A stretch of DNA of 63,150 nucleotides, the filler included, from Octopus bimaculoides (Eukaryota): assembly GCF_001194135.2 (NCBI RefSeq). It is 5 parts of 5 records of this genome, joined end to end, with 100 filler letters (N's around TTAATTAATTAA, not from the genome) between each part and the next. Parts side by side here need not be neighbours in the genome. Positions count along the whole stretch, not along the records: positions 1 to 28,380 come from NC_068990.1; 4 more parts are not named here. One strand, 5' to 3'. A program made the position numbers and the translations under genes. The first letter of the stretch is position 1; each line of letters starts with the position of its first letter. Below, piece by piece: positions 1 to 12,675 of the stretch. The notes under the pieces were generated by a model. The model saw only the letters and a list, made by a program, of their open reading frames with translations, was not told where the DNA came from and did not search any database.

Positions 1-49
1 ATACATCTTTAATCTTGTTTGTTGAGACGTCTTCGGTGTGTGAGAACAT
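1..49 (-). CDS. Possible start of a minus-strand gene running off the window (MFSHTEDVSTNKIKDV...)
   Basis: caacaaccATG at 49-47, frame open to the window edge, about 150 bp downstream of the promoter motifs. No homology recognised. Confidence 0.2.
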   Translation of the reverse strand, partial: MFSHTEDVSTNKIKDV

Positions 50-189
50 GGTTGTTGGGACGTTGGTATATTGATGTGAGCTGTGTAGCGTGAGTTCGAA
101 AGATGGAGAGACAACTAGACACGTCCTTGCTCAATCGCTGGCCAGCAAGAAAGAGATCGATCAAAGCGGGAAAGCTTGGTTGTTGAATT

Positions 190-236
190 CCACGCATGCG
201 TGAGACTACGCATGCGCACGGCGTTACTACAAAACT
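190..236. promoter_or_regulatory. Promoter-like CpG patch: two CGCATGCG (NRF1-type) palindromes and an ACTACAA (ZNF143-associated) motif
   Basis: CGCATGCG at 193-200, CGCATGCGC at 209-217 and ACTACAA at 226-232. Bases 1-240 retain CpG in an otherwise CpG-poor window. Confidence 0.45.
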
Positions 237-1187
237 TTGACACCAATTTGCTACTTTCGCAGTAATACATGAACATTAAAGGAATAATAGAAAAGGGATC
301 ATTTGTCTGTTTTTGTTTTCAAAATGTCTAGCAATGTAACAATTAGACTATGAACGAGCAATGATATTGTAACTCAAGCTGCTAACTGATATGATCTCTC
401 AAACTACACTTTCATAAAATCATGCCTTGCTATCTTAAAACAGGACATATTAGGAAATGTCATTACGAACACAGTATTTCTGCTCATGAATTTGAATGTC
501 TTTGATCTGAGTTTTGCTCTTTCAGGACAAACAGTGAACAACAACAACGACAACGACCACAACGACGACGAAAAAAAATAATTCACACTATTTGATGTGG
601 AGGCTCATGTTAGTACATTTTGGGGAGCTGGGGTGGGAGATGGTTTGCATACTTTAAGTATGTCATTGAACAGAAGTATTGAATCAATTCATATCAGAGC
701 CATTATATACCAGAAACTCCGAAATACTCAATTTTCCTCATCTAAAAAAACGTAGCAAGTTCATTATACAAATCAACTGTTATAGCGACAGAACGATATA
801 TCTACGATGTGACAAAAATCTTGGTAATATATTCTAACGTAAAATACAAAATTTTATCAAATAACATATCAAACACTTGGACTAATAACATATAAATCAA
901 CTGATTACTTGTCACTCTTACTTTGATTTCTGTAACATAAAATAATTAGGAAATTCCTTAACGTTGATCAGATTATGATTTACATTAACTTCATCTTGGT
1001 TTAAAACTGACTACTATAAGCCTCGCCTCCCAGTAGAAGATATAAATATTTCAAAACTATTGGTTCGTTTCATAGCAAAAAATAATTTTAGTAATGTGAA
1101 ACCTCTGTATCATATTAGTCAGTATACATACATACATGCACACATCCATCCATACATACAGCAAGCTGAGAGACCCTTTGGTACATC

Positions 1188-1357
1188 GGACAAAATGCTT
1201 AGCGGCATTTCTTTCGGTTCTTTATGTTCTGAGTTCAAATCCCACCGAGGTCAATTTTGCCTTTCGACCCTTCGGGTTCGATAAAATCAAGTCCCAGTCA
1301 AGAACTGAAGTCCCTGCAATCGATTTGTCCTCTCCCCTAAAAATTGCGGGCATTGAA
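1188..1357 (+). mobile_element. SINE family A (tRNA-headed), 5'-truncated
   Basis: aaatgcttagcggcatttc...gagttcaaatcccaccgaggtc...gcctttc matches the copies at 44703, 51648 and 57477. Confidence 0.8.
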
Positions 1358-1785
1358 CGCTGCAATAAGGGAGTTCCATTATACATACGTAAGTAGGTAC
1401 GCGCGTATGTATGTATGCATACATGTATTTATATATGTATATCTTACTCGAATTTCAGTTTTAAACATACTTGGTAATGTTAACCAGGGTTACATTATAA
1501 CCTTGAACTTTATGAAATCGCCGTATGGTATTTTTCGAATCAATTATATCTAACATTGGCTTTGATACATGTTGATAGATTTTAGACCTACCTATTTTTA
1601 CTAAGATGTCTCTCAACGCTCAGCTTCCTCTCCAAGGAATTTCTTATATTGCGTCCAAAGATGATATGTCTCCAGGTACTTGTAAATAAAATGTCTTTAA
1701 TCTCTTAACTTTCTCTGAAAATTCCACTATCATTTAGTTACGAAAACACACAACAAACTGTAAATTATATATATTATTCATGCGA

Positions 1786-1869
1786 AGGTAAAGAATACGC
1801 TCACCACCCGTATTCGGCGTTTAGGGTTAGTGTTATGCCGAAAACGAGTGGTGTGCGTATTCTTTACCT
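1786..1869. mobile_element. 84-bp palindromic MITE-like element with TTAGGGTTAG in the loop
   Basis: Arms aggtaaagaatacgctcaccacccgtattcggc and gccgaaaacgagtggtgtgcgtattctttacct are near-perfect inverted repeats. No TSD found. Confidence 0.7.
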
Positions 1870-3824
1870 CCACCATGCTAAAACATGGCTGAAAAGTTTT
1901 CTTCCGTTCTCGGAATGTCATTACATCTTTACCATTTAGGCATAATAACAACTAATAAATATTGGTGATCGATGTGGATCGCTTTGTGGTTTATTGCAAA
2001 CAGGGTCCACTGCCTTTAACTTTACAGACCATGATTTTGATCCTGTTAAGCCTGTTTCTCATTGCCTTACTGATAACAACAGCTAACAACAACTTAATTT
2101 GATTTTTGTGTTCATATTTTTCGTTCCCTAGCACCACATAAGCTACCTCAACAAAATGCGTGAACTTCGAGAATACGAACGGAAGTTCATTATTATATAA
2201 CCATATCATAGCTCACAGTTACTGATCCTTCTTTGTCTATTTGTACTAATCTAATACCTTCTTCAAAGGGAACTTTTCACCCAGCTAGTCTCATTGCCTG
2301 ACGTGTGCGTTTGGCTGAATGAATTTGAATCTGTAAATATTGCACCAGTTCCTAAAGAAAACGTCTCCCTTTGCACGTTTGAAACACCAGCTCTTTTCTG
2401 GCACAACCAAAAACGACTTTGACAAATACACAGCATCACACTGTCTTTATCACCGACAAAACAAAGAACACTAAAGGAACGGAAGTATATATCGTCAACT
2501 TTAACAAGCAAGAGATCTACATTTTCACGACGAACCTTGAAGAATTTTTTTTTCATCAATGATTGACATATTTTACATCATACCAGCAATTTCAACATCA
2601 ACTCTATCCCACTTCTATATGCTTTTTATGGCCACGATTAAAGTTGAAGTTCTCGATTGCAACTCAACTCGTATATTCTGTCCGACTGTTTACTATCACT
2701 TTTGTCGTCAAAAGTCAAAGTTTCACAATCAAAAGCGTGTAGCTACTATTTGACTCTTTTCATTTCCGACTGCTACAAATTGAAGCGCCTCAATTTTTCT
2801 TAGTAGAATACAGACTTTGTCACATACAAAATATTTTCACAGCTGCAGCCTCACCACACAAGCTTTCAAATATATTTATACATACATTTCTTTTGTTCTT
2901 CAATATTTACTAACTTGTAAATTCAAGAACGTTTTTCAATTTTTGAGTAATTCATAAAACGAAAAGTTTTACATTCAATTTCCTATTTACTTAACTTCAA
3001 TTTTTCTGTTCTGCTAATTGGCATATGCACATTTAGTTTGAATGAAATATTTATGGTAACATTTTGGCGTATTCACTGCAAGCATAAGCACACTCTGGTT
3101 CTTTTGTCTCTCGTTGTTTCTTCTTACAACAAAGGTACTGCACGGGCATTATATTTGGTAATGTTGACCAAAGCTACCAGTGCTACATCCTAAACTTTAT
3201 GAAAACACCTGCTAATAGTTTTTTCCAACCAATCATGTTTTTACGTCAATATTGATCCATGTTGAAACGTGTTGAGAGACAAAAGAGAAAAGTTTAATTT
3301 TGGAATTTAAACGTAGTAAAGAACATTCACATAGTTTTAAGCAAGACTTTACAAACTCTGGAATTTCTTGATTTCTTTATTCCAGGAATCTCTCAAGAAA
3401 CTTTTTTTGTTGCAGTCAAAGGCTTTATACCTTTAGATCCACGTTTAATAATATGACTCTCAATCCTGGATTTATCTCTTATTGTGTCCAAAGGCTATAT
3501 GTCTCCAGGCCATGTAATATGATGTTTATCATCTCTTAACCCTCTGGATAGGTTAAACCTCCTTTATTTATTTATTTTTTTAAAAATCCACTGTTGATTA
3601 GTCAGAGGAGAAAAAGTAACAGTTATTAGCTTCTCATAATCTGAAAGAAAGTACAGGAAGTTATCCTCGGGCCATGAACTTGGCTAAAATATTTACAATG
3701 TGAACTCCTCTAAAAGTACTGAAAGATGATGAGGTGGTGTTTAACCAGATGACGAATTACATCTAGCACAAGATAATAAGAATGATCAATCCACCATGCT
3801 TGTGCAAAGTTTCCTTCAACCCAA

Positions 3825-3950
3825 CAAATTTCATTCACAAGGCTTTAGCTGACCTGAAGTTATGGTAGAAGACACTTGTTCAAAGATGTCTTATAGTACT
3901 ATTAATGTGAAGCCATGTAGTTGAAAGGGAACTTTTAATCCCATGCTGCC
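3825..3950 (-). mobile_element. Degenerate SINE family B fragment
   Basis: cacaaggcttt...tagaagacacttg is similar to the copy at 42574-42987. Confidence 0.5.
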
Positions 3951-5424
3951 CTATATGCATCAAATAAAATACTCGGTAATAGTCATCAAGAACTACATAA
4001 AGAATGCTACTGATTCATTAAATACGAAAAACAGTTATTACCAATCAGAAAAACCGAGATACACATGTATAAAACAAAATTCAAGCTACAAAAATCTTAA
4101 CTTATATTCTAAATAATTTTTTTAAAAAGGAAACTAATGTAATCAGACAAAATTGTGATGCAATTGTGTTATACTCTGAAACTATATTTAGTTTGGTAAT
4201 CATAAGGATATTGGAGAATACACGCATTTTATCTTTAATCATCATTGCAATCAACAGCAGCTGTATAAACAATTATGCAAACCAGTGGTTGCAAGGGCAT
4301 CAATAATTCACGAAAATATTGAAGATACATACAGGTTTACAAGGATGCAAAAACAATAAAAGAAAATATCGCAGGATTCTCTGATCTTTGTAGCGTAAGG
4401 AAATAAACATTCATAGGCAAAGTACAGGTAAAATGTCAAACGTTTAATAATATTAGGAACAGAACAAATGCATAGGGACAAGTGCAGAAAATCTCAAAAT
4501 AGATATATTGAGGTATGAACAAACTTGTACTTAACTGAGACACATAGATTTGATTTAGCATTACTATATGTATACATATTTATATAAGGGACCTTTTCTG
4601 TTTGGCTGCCACTTTTCAATTTCTTCAGTTTTTGTTCCAATTCATCTCATATTTGGTGAGTTGATGTAGTTTTGTACGGTAATCATTGGCATGAAATTCG
4701 TTTTCGACATAAATAATAAATAAAGTTAATAGCTTTTAAAGTTTGAAAATTTTGGGTAATTTTAGCCAGTCGGAAACCACAGACATACTGGTGCCTGTTT
4801 CCAAAGTAACAAGCCAAGCTTCTTACCCACGTGGTCATTTTTTGATAGGTGGTGACTCTGGGCAGATATGCTGTTTTTTAACACCTCGTTTCATTCGAGA
4901 GAAATTTATTATCATGGTAACTGCAGTGCATTTGCCTTTTAATAGTTGAAATAAGTCACAAACATTTTCACTAACCTAAAGTTTGTTTAGGCCTAAACAC
5001 TGCTTGATGTTGATACTACGGTAATTTCCATGATCATGGTAGTCTACTGGAGCAGATCAGTCAGTGTTGTCGGCTGTATTATAGCTAGTCACGACTTTGG
5101 TACAGTCTATCAAGAGTTGCCTCTCTTATCAATTTCCCATTGATAACAGCTAAAACGCTAGAAATATTGATGTCTGAGAATCTGATAAGTGACGACTGTG
5201 GGCAGATATGGTTTTTTTTACTTCTTTTTACCATAAGAGAAAATTTTTCTCCCTAGTAACCACGGTGAATTTGCCTTTGTCACAAACATATTTCAACTAA
5301 GCTAAAGTTTGCATAAGTATGTGTGTGTGTGTGTGTAAACACACATGTATATACATATAGATATACGCGTGCGTGTGTATATGTATGTATATATATATAT
5401 ATATACATATAAACACACGTATAT

Positions 5425-5464
<40 letters not shown>

Positions 5465-5994
5465 ACACATATAAATATATGTATACATAGATAATGTATT
5501 TATAAACAAGGGTACAAAATAGTAACGCCATTTAAAATGTTTTAGAAATCGTAAATCTTCTTAATTATTTGAATGTGGTTAGCCATACAGCTTAAAGGTT
5601 AGATCAAATATTTTCAATAAAGACAGATATTTTTCAAAATCTTTTTCAGCGATTTCAAAATATTGAAAATATATGAAGTGACCTGACTGAATGAAACTAA
5701 TCCTTAAAGATACATAAAAAAAATTTAAATACTTTCACATATTTTTTTTTCCTTTTGAATAAAGGAAATCTCCTTTGAATCATATTAATTCAAAGGAAAC
5801 AACTAAGCTCAGAGAAGTCAAATTTAACACTGCTTACATTAAGCCTATAGAAAATATAAAAGTAGGCATAGACACAGATGACGTATTTCTTTATGATTCA
5901 GCCTTTAACACTTTCATCACGTCTTTAGCTAATTTAAAAGAGGCAAATTACCTCAAATAAATAACAATTACATAATAAAGACTTATGCCCCACT

Positions 5995-6140
5995 CACTTT
6001 TCTTAGTGCCCGAAATTTTGGGGATGGGGGCAAGTCGACTAGATGGACCCCAGTATGCAACTGGTACTTAATTTCTTGACCCCCCCCCAAAAGGATGGAA
6101 GGCAAAGTCAACCTCTGGAATTTATGGGCATTAAAAATAT
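5995..6140 (-). mobile_element. SINE family A fragment
   Basis: actggtacttaattt...aaggatggaaggcaaagtcaacctc is the reverse complement of the family A core. Confidence 0.7.
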
Positions 6141-7719
6141 CAATGAAATGTATCACTTTCTTATTATCAGTATTAAGCTTAATCTTGGTTTCCCTCTGAT
6201 GAACAAAGTATTAAAATTCCCTTGCACAGCATGAAAACTTATGCATATATAAATCCAGCCATGCACACTCACACATTCAAGTGCCCAGTACTCCCCCTAT
6301 TTCAAGGACAAAAACGGCAACAATGGATTTCTAATTTTATCACTTAATCATACTTTTCATGGGGAATGGGGTATTTTTAGCTGATTCTATTGATCCTGGT
6401 CTGCTACTTTATCAAACACAGAATGATAATGAGTTGAGATGATTTCTCCAGGGTTTGTACTGAGGAAAGGATTAGTTTCATTTTTCGATTGAATAAAAAA
6501 TATTGGTTTCTTGCATAAGCACAGTACATCAAATATAGAGGTTGAAATCTCTCAGAGTATTTAGTAGGTGCATGATTTTTCAACTCTGGAAATATGAAAC
6601 AAAAATTGATCTCATTACGATTTAATCTCAGAATGATGTCAAATTTGCCTCTGATACTAGCAACTTCTGATTCAGGTACACAACCATCAATTTTGAGGGA
6701 GCGTATAAGTCAATACAAATGAGTCTAGTATGTGACTTACATTTTATTTCATTGATCCTATTGTGAGAAAAGGCAAACTTGATCCTGGTAGGATCTGAAT
6801 ATAGATTGTAAAGAGTGGAGAAAAATACTGCAAAGCATTTTTTACATGCTCTAACAATGCTGCCACCTTGCCACCTGTTTGCCTTTCATAATGATAAAGA
6901 TATTAATAAAAATAAAGAAACAGTGAAATTGAACCCTCCTATGTTTCTTGATTTTGTAATCATTAACCAGTTATTTTCTGTAATTTCCGTTTTTACTTTA
7001 GTGTGATGGCTTTACTCCTAATTATATCAGAGAATGGAAAGTTGTTTTATTGTCCAGTGTCTTGTATTATCATCCATTTTTAATAATCATTATGTAATTA
7101 CAGACACGCTGTACTCTGTAGAGATTGTCTTCTTTTTGTCTTATATTTTTTAGGTTTTCTTTATAATGGCAACTCTTTAAAGTTGTTTGTCATTTATTGT
7201 TTAGTCTCAGAACAAAACTTGAACGACTGTCAGAATGGATCACTGACTCATAAGTTACAAGTTCAAATTCATCGTAAGCATTTTGCAATTTGCTCTCATA
7301 AGGACACTCAATTTTTACAGGATTCAAATCATTGTTGGAATCAGAATAAATAAAGAATATAAATGTAAGAATTCACTTTAGTTTAGAAGGTTAGGTTTGA
7401 CTATGAGCCATATGAATCACTTTTCTAGAGAACTTGCCTTATTTGAAGTTGTTAATCAATTGAATGAACATTTTGAGATGTTAGGTGCCTGCAGAAATCC
7501 TTCAGAATATTTTGAAGCTGTGTTTTGAAGCAACTGAATGAAGGAAAAAAATCTTTAAAAATCTTAAATAACAGAACAATCATATTCTTTGTATTTCCAT
7601 TTCATTCCTAAAGATACATATCCTCCTTGGATATTTTCTGTATATAGTTAGTATTTTTACACACATTGCCAATGTAAATAGAATTTTTCCAACATTAATG
7701 TAAATACATATACTTATCA

Positions 7720-8400
7720 CCTGAGCAAGGATGAGTTTTAAGCAAGCTAAATCAAGAACCATGGTGCAGAAGAAGTTAAAAGTTGTTGACAAATTCTATT
7801 TCTCAGATCGTTCAGCTACTATTCCTTCCATCATAGAGCAACCAGTCAAGAATCTAGGGAAGCATTTTCACTAGGGTTCAAAAGAATCTGCAGCTATAAG
7901 CAAGACCATAAACTTTGACAAAGATCAGCAAGTGAGATGAACATGGCAAATTCAAAGCCTTGATTTAGCATCATTCTATCCTGCCCAAAGGCCCTATACC
8001 TCTGCTGGCTTACATGTTTCCATTAATAGTAGTAGAGTCCATCATAAGGAAGATCAATAACTTTCTCAACAGTAATTGGGGTTACCCAGCAGTTTCAGCA
8101 GTGCAGCACTGTATGGGATCATCAACACCTTCTAGCTCTCATCCAGTGACCTTACTGGATAATTTAAGATAAGATGGAGAAGTACAGTATGAGGAAGGAC
8201 TTCAATAAGTAGAAGAAGTCATAGCTATCTTTGCACTGAGGAATGAAAGGCAAATAAAGCAGTGTAAGTAGCAGAGTCATACCCAGGACAAAAGTAGCTT
8301 GTAGGTGTCTTTGTTGTTGCAATGGTTTGATTCAGAATTTACCACTGGATTATAAACTCTACAATTTGTGCTTCATCTAAAACCCTAATATATCTTTAAA
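7720..8400 (+). mobile_element. Decayed HERO-like (R2 superfamily, RLE-type) non-LTR retrotransposon, RT C-terminal region
   Basis: Translates with stops and frameshifts to ARMSFKQAKSRTMVQKKLKVVDKFYFS...IPSIIEQPVKNLGK, GKFKA...HSILPK and LGLPSSFSSAALYG. These motifs match HERO-clade RT as I recall it. Confidence 0.7.
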
Positions 8401-8665
8401 GGCTTGTAGAAAAGTATCTTTCAATGCAATTATCAAAGGAACTGCTTTTTCTTGTGGTATTTCAGACTAGTTTTATATACATACATCACTCACATAAACA
8501 CAAACACACACGTACTACCATACACACATACACTGGCCATCTTCCCACTCTTCTGTCCCCAGAAAACCACTTTCTCTATCTCTTTCCACATTCAATTACC
8601 TCAGCAATGTAACCACATACGTGCTGTTGGTGATATTTTTCCTTCTCTGGACTTTTCCATCATCC

Positions 8666-8698
8666 TTTCAGATGAAGAGCTATGCTTGAAACATCAAA
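8666..8698 (+). ncRNA. Degenerate minimal type-I hammerhead ribozyme relic (Penelope-type)
   Basis: ttt-CAGATGA-A-GAGC-tat-GCTT-GAAA-CATC-aaa. The core CTGATGA is mutated to CAGATGA. GCTT and CATC are each one CpG deamination from GCTC and CGTC. Confidence 0.45.
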
Positions 8699-10243
8699 AA
8701 CTTTCTCTTTTTTCCACTTTTACCAAGCACCAAACTAATACATCCCATGTGCAAGTCCTATTCTTATCTTTAAGGTTCGATTATTCAATTTGACTAGTTT
8801 TATATTCATTAAAATGTCTTTATTCTTTTATATATGGCTATTGTTTCCATTGACTACACGTTGCTTTATTAAGACGTCTTTGGTTGTTATTGTTTCATTT
8901 GGCAATTCCTTCGTTGTTATGCTTTCATTGCTCAGCTTTTGTTATTATATATCCAGGTTCTCAACTGCTTTCAATTCATATCTTTAACAATCATTTGTCA
9001 TGTTATGACATTTCATTAACCAGTTCATTGGTTGTTCTAGTCCTGCTTGTAGAATCTATAGTTACTTCATGATTTTAAAGTTACTGCATCAATTGTACTG
9101 ACGATGTTGATAGTGGCATTGTTAGTGGCAGTAATGTTAGTGTTGCTGCTTTGTTGGCAATGGTGTTGATGCTGGTGATGGTAGCAGCAATTGTTGTCAT
9201 AATAGTGAAGACGTTGAACTTAATGGTTGATGGAAATGAATTTTGCGGGGAACATAGAAGAAATGATTGAAATAAAGGTAATGTTAGTGAGGTTGTTGGA
9301 GGATATATTGAGGACATTGTTGGCATTAGTAATTGTGACTGGGGTGGTGGTTCTGGTGTTGGCACAAAGGTGTTGACGATGGAAAGAAGTGCTAGTTTGT
9401 GTGGTAGTTTTGATGATTGAGTTTGTAGTGTTGGAGATGTTCTTGGATGTGAAAATCTTTATGATTAAAATATCATACATGAGAATTAAAATGGTGATGA
9501 CGATGTTGATGAAGAGAATGGGTGTGGTAAATGTAATGATGAGGAAGATGAGATAAATGCAATAATGATTATACTGATGAAGATGTTTAAAATGATGACG
9601 GTGATGATGATGATGGTGGTAGTGAAGATGCTGATGTTGCTGACGATGTTACTGTCACTGATGACGTTGACAAGGCTAAGCAAGATGAATTTCATACAGG
9701 TAAAAATCTTGATGTTACTTTTATTTTTTGGTGCAGCTACCATATATAGTGTTTCTGATGATATCGATGATGGTGATGATGATGACGATAATGATGATGA
9801 TGACGACGAAAATAATGAAACATTTTTGTTTTTGTAACCTTTGCCTTTGTTTATCTAGTGATAGCTAATATGTTTATGCCTAATATTTTGTTGGTAGTGT
9901 TGATATGATTTCTACAGATATTTTTTTTTGGTGTGTGATCTTTCTTGTATTTTTTTTTACCTTCTCCCTTTTTATATTTACTATATTTCAGCCCTAAATT
10001 GATACAATGGAAAATGAAAGAAAATATTGGTATTTCTTTTAGCCTCTCCTTGCAACTTTCAATATATATATGTGGGTGCACATGTCTGTGTGTGTGTGTG
10101 TGTGCACATGTGTGCGTGCATTTGTGTACAGATACACACACGTATATATATGTATGCATGCATGTGTATATACATCTATGTATATATATATATATATATA
10201 TATTATATACATATACACTCACATAGACACACAAATATATGAA

Positions 10244-10292
<49 letters not shown>

Positions 10293-11098
10293 NNNNNNNN
10301 NNNNNNNNNNNNNNNNNNNNNNNNNNNNNNNNNNNNNNNNNNNNNNNNNNNNNNNNNNNNNNNNNNNNNNNNNNNNNNNNNNNNNNNNNNNNNNNNNNNN
10401 NNNNNNNNNNNNNNNNNNNNNNNNNNNNNNNNNNNNNNNNNNNNNNNNNNNNNNNNNNNNNNNNTATATACATGTTTATATGCATATATATGTACATATA
10501 TACATATACATATATATATACATACATATATATATACATATATATACGCATGCATATATATACATATATATATACATATATATATATATACATACATATA
10601 TATATACATATATATACGCATGCATATATATACATTTATATATATATACATGTATATATATATATACATATATATGTATACAAACACATACACACACACA
10701 CATATATATGCTGTTTGACTACGAGAGAGCTATATGTAAGTTTAGATAATGTGTTTGCTCCCAGGGTATATGTGTGAGTGCATGGTTACATACAGGAAAT
10801 TTGAAGAAATGCCTGCATGTCTGCAGCTAAATATCACATTATATTTGTATGTGTAACCATGTTGTACAAATTTCGTATAAATAGTTTCCAGTGTGCGACT
10901 GAGATGGTTGAAGAAGCAGTACAAATGAAAGACTATGCCTGATGTTACAAAGTAAAAATATTGAAGATGTGAAAAGATGACGAATTTACTTTCTTTTATT
11001 CTATTTTTACATGTATTATATACATATACTAAATTGTCATGTATATACATGAATATTGCGTATGTGAATACGAGCTTCTCTATCTGTGTGTGTGTGTG

Positions 11099-11142
<44 letters not shown>

Positions 11143-12176
11143 AGCACATATGTAAATATTTTTATTTATAATTTATACTTTCTTTGTATGTAATTTTCAT
11201 TCTGTTCAGTGATGTTGCACGTTGAGTTCTTCCTGTTCTATACATGTCGCAGCTTTCACCCATTTTGGACGTAGCTATACCCTCTAGATCTGACCTTAAA
11301 CTCATTCCAATGCCGTCTTTATGTCACCAAAAACTTTGCATGTCTTTTAATGTTGCTTTCTATCACCAGCTTGATTGCCACCTTCAGTCCTCAGGCCCGC
11401 CTCCCTCGCCAGCAGAACCAACACACCATCGCCATCACCGCCACCACTATCAACAGCAGCATCATCATTACCAGTAGCAGTGTCATCATTATTATCAGCA
11501 ACAGCACCATCAGCAGCAGCAACAACAGCATCACCAAGGACAAATCATTGCCGCCATTGAGAATATTTCTGTCACTATATTGGCACCACCACCACCAACA
11601 TCATCATCATCTCCAGTTTCATTATGACTGTTGTTGGCAAATTCAAATCCACCTCTAGCATCTGTATGATACCCATCCTCTTCATCATCATCATCATCGT
11701 CGTAGTCCTCATCGCTGTCATCATCATCAACATATCCATCACTACTATCAGCACCATCATCATCATTATTATTTTCCTCATTGCTCTCATCATAACCGTT
11801 ATCATCACCAACATCATCATCAGGATTTCTTTCACTTCATTTCATATCATTTCATTTTCCTTCTACACACATAGTTCCCTTCTTTTTCTTCACTGACATC
11901 AATCCCAACTCTCTTTACTTCTTTTCTTGTGTAATTCTCCTTTTCTCTCTTTTTCTTAATCACGATAATTTGCTTTCTTACCTCTCACACTTCCATACTA
12001 GCTTCTCTCTCTCTCTCTCTTGCTACATACATACACATATTTATGTATATGAATATGTGAGAGTATGTGTGCCTGTGCTCAGATGTGTATGTGTATATAT
12101 ATATATACACATATATATATATATATATGTACGCACATATATATATATATATAGATATACATTTATATGTGTGTAC

Positions 12177-12213
<37 letters not shown>

Positions 12214-12641
12214 CGCACATATATATATATAGATATATATATATATATGTGTGTACATATATNNNNNNNNNNNNNNNNNNNNNNNNNNNNNNNNNNNNNN
12301 NNNNNNNNNNNNNNNNNNNNNNNNNNNNNNNNNNNNNNNNNNNNNNNNNNNNNNNNNNNNNNNNNNNNNNNNNNNNNNNNNNNNNNNNNNNNNNNNNNNN
12401 NNNNNNNNNNNNNNNNNNNNNNNNNNNNNNNNNNNNNNNNNNNNNNNNNNNNNNNNNNNNNNNNNNNNNNNNNNNNNNNNNNNNNNNNNNNNNNNNNNNN
12501 NNNNNNNNNNNNNNNNNNNNNNNNNNNNNNNNNNNNNNNNNNNNNNNNNNNNNNNNNNNNNNNNNNNNNNNNNNNNNNNNNNNNNNNNNNNNNNNNATAT
12601 ATATGTATACATATATGTGTATGTATACAAATATGTGTGTA

Positions 12642-12675
<34 letters not shown>

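Larger units (their letters stand above)
400..3545 (-). pseudogene. Putative decayed tandem-duplicated coding sequence, unknown product
   Basis: Related blocks at ~440-510, ~1470-1730 and ~3150-3545. Minus-strand peptides IHEQKYCVRNDIS*YV / FHKVQGYNVTLVNITKYV / FHKV*DVALVALVNITKY, and VPGDISSLDAI / WPGDI*PLDTI. Frameshifted ORF pieces lie at 1991-2860. Confidence 0.3.

Noticed and set aside
5775-5960. 61-aa ORF NHINSKETTKLREVKF...
   Set aside because: TTG start, no recognisable homology and no convincing partner exon.
9080-9815. Asp/Met/Val-rich ORFs and a CAG|GTAAAA donor near 9710
   Set aside because: A degenerate (GAT/GGT)n tract with stops in all frames; no coherent exon.
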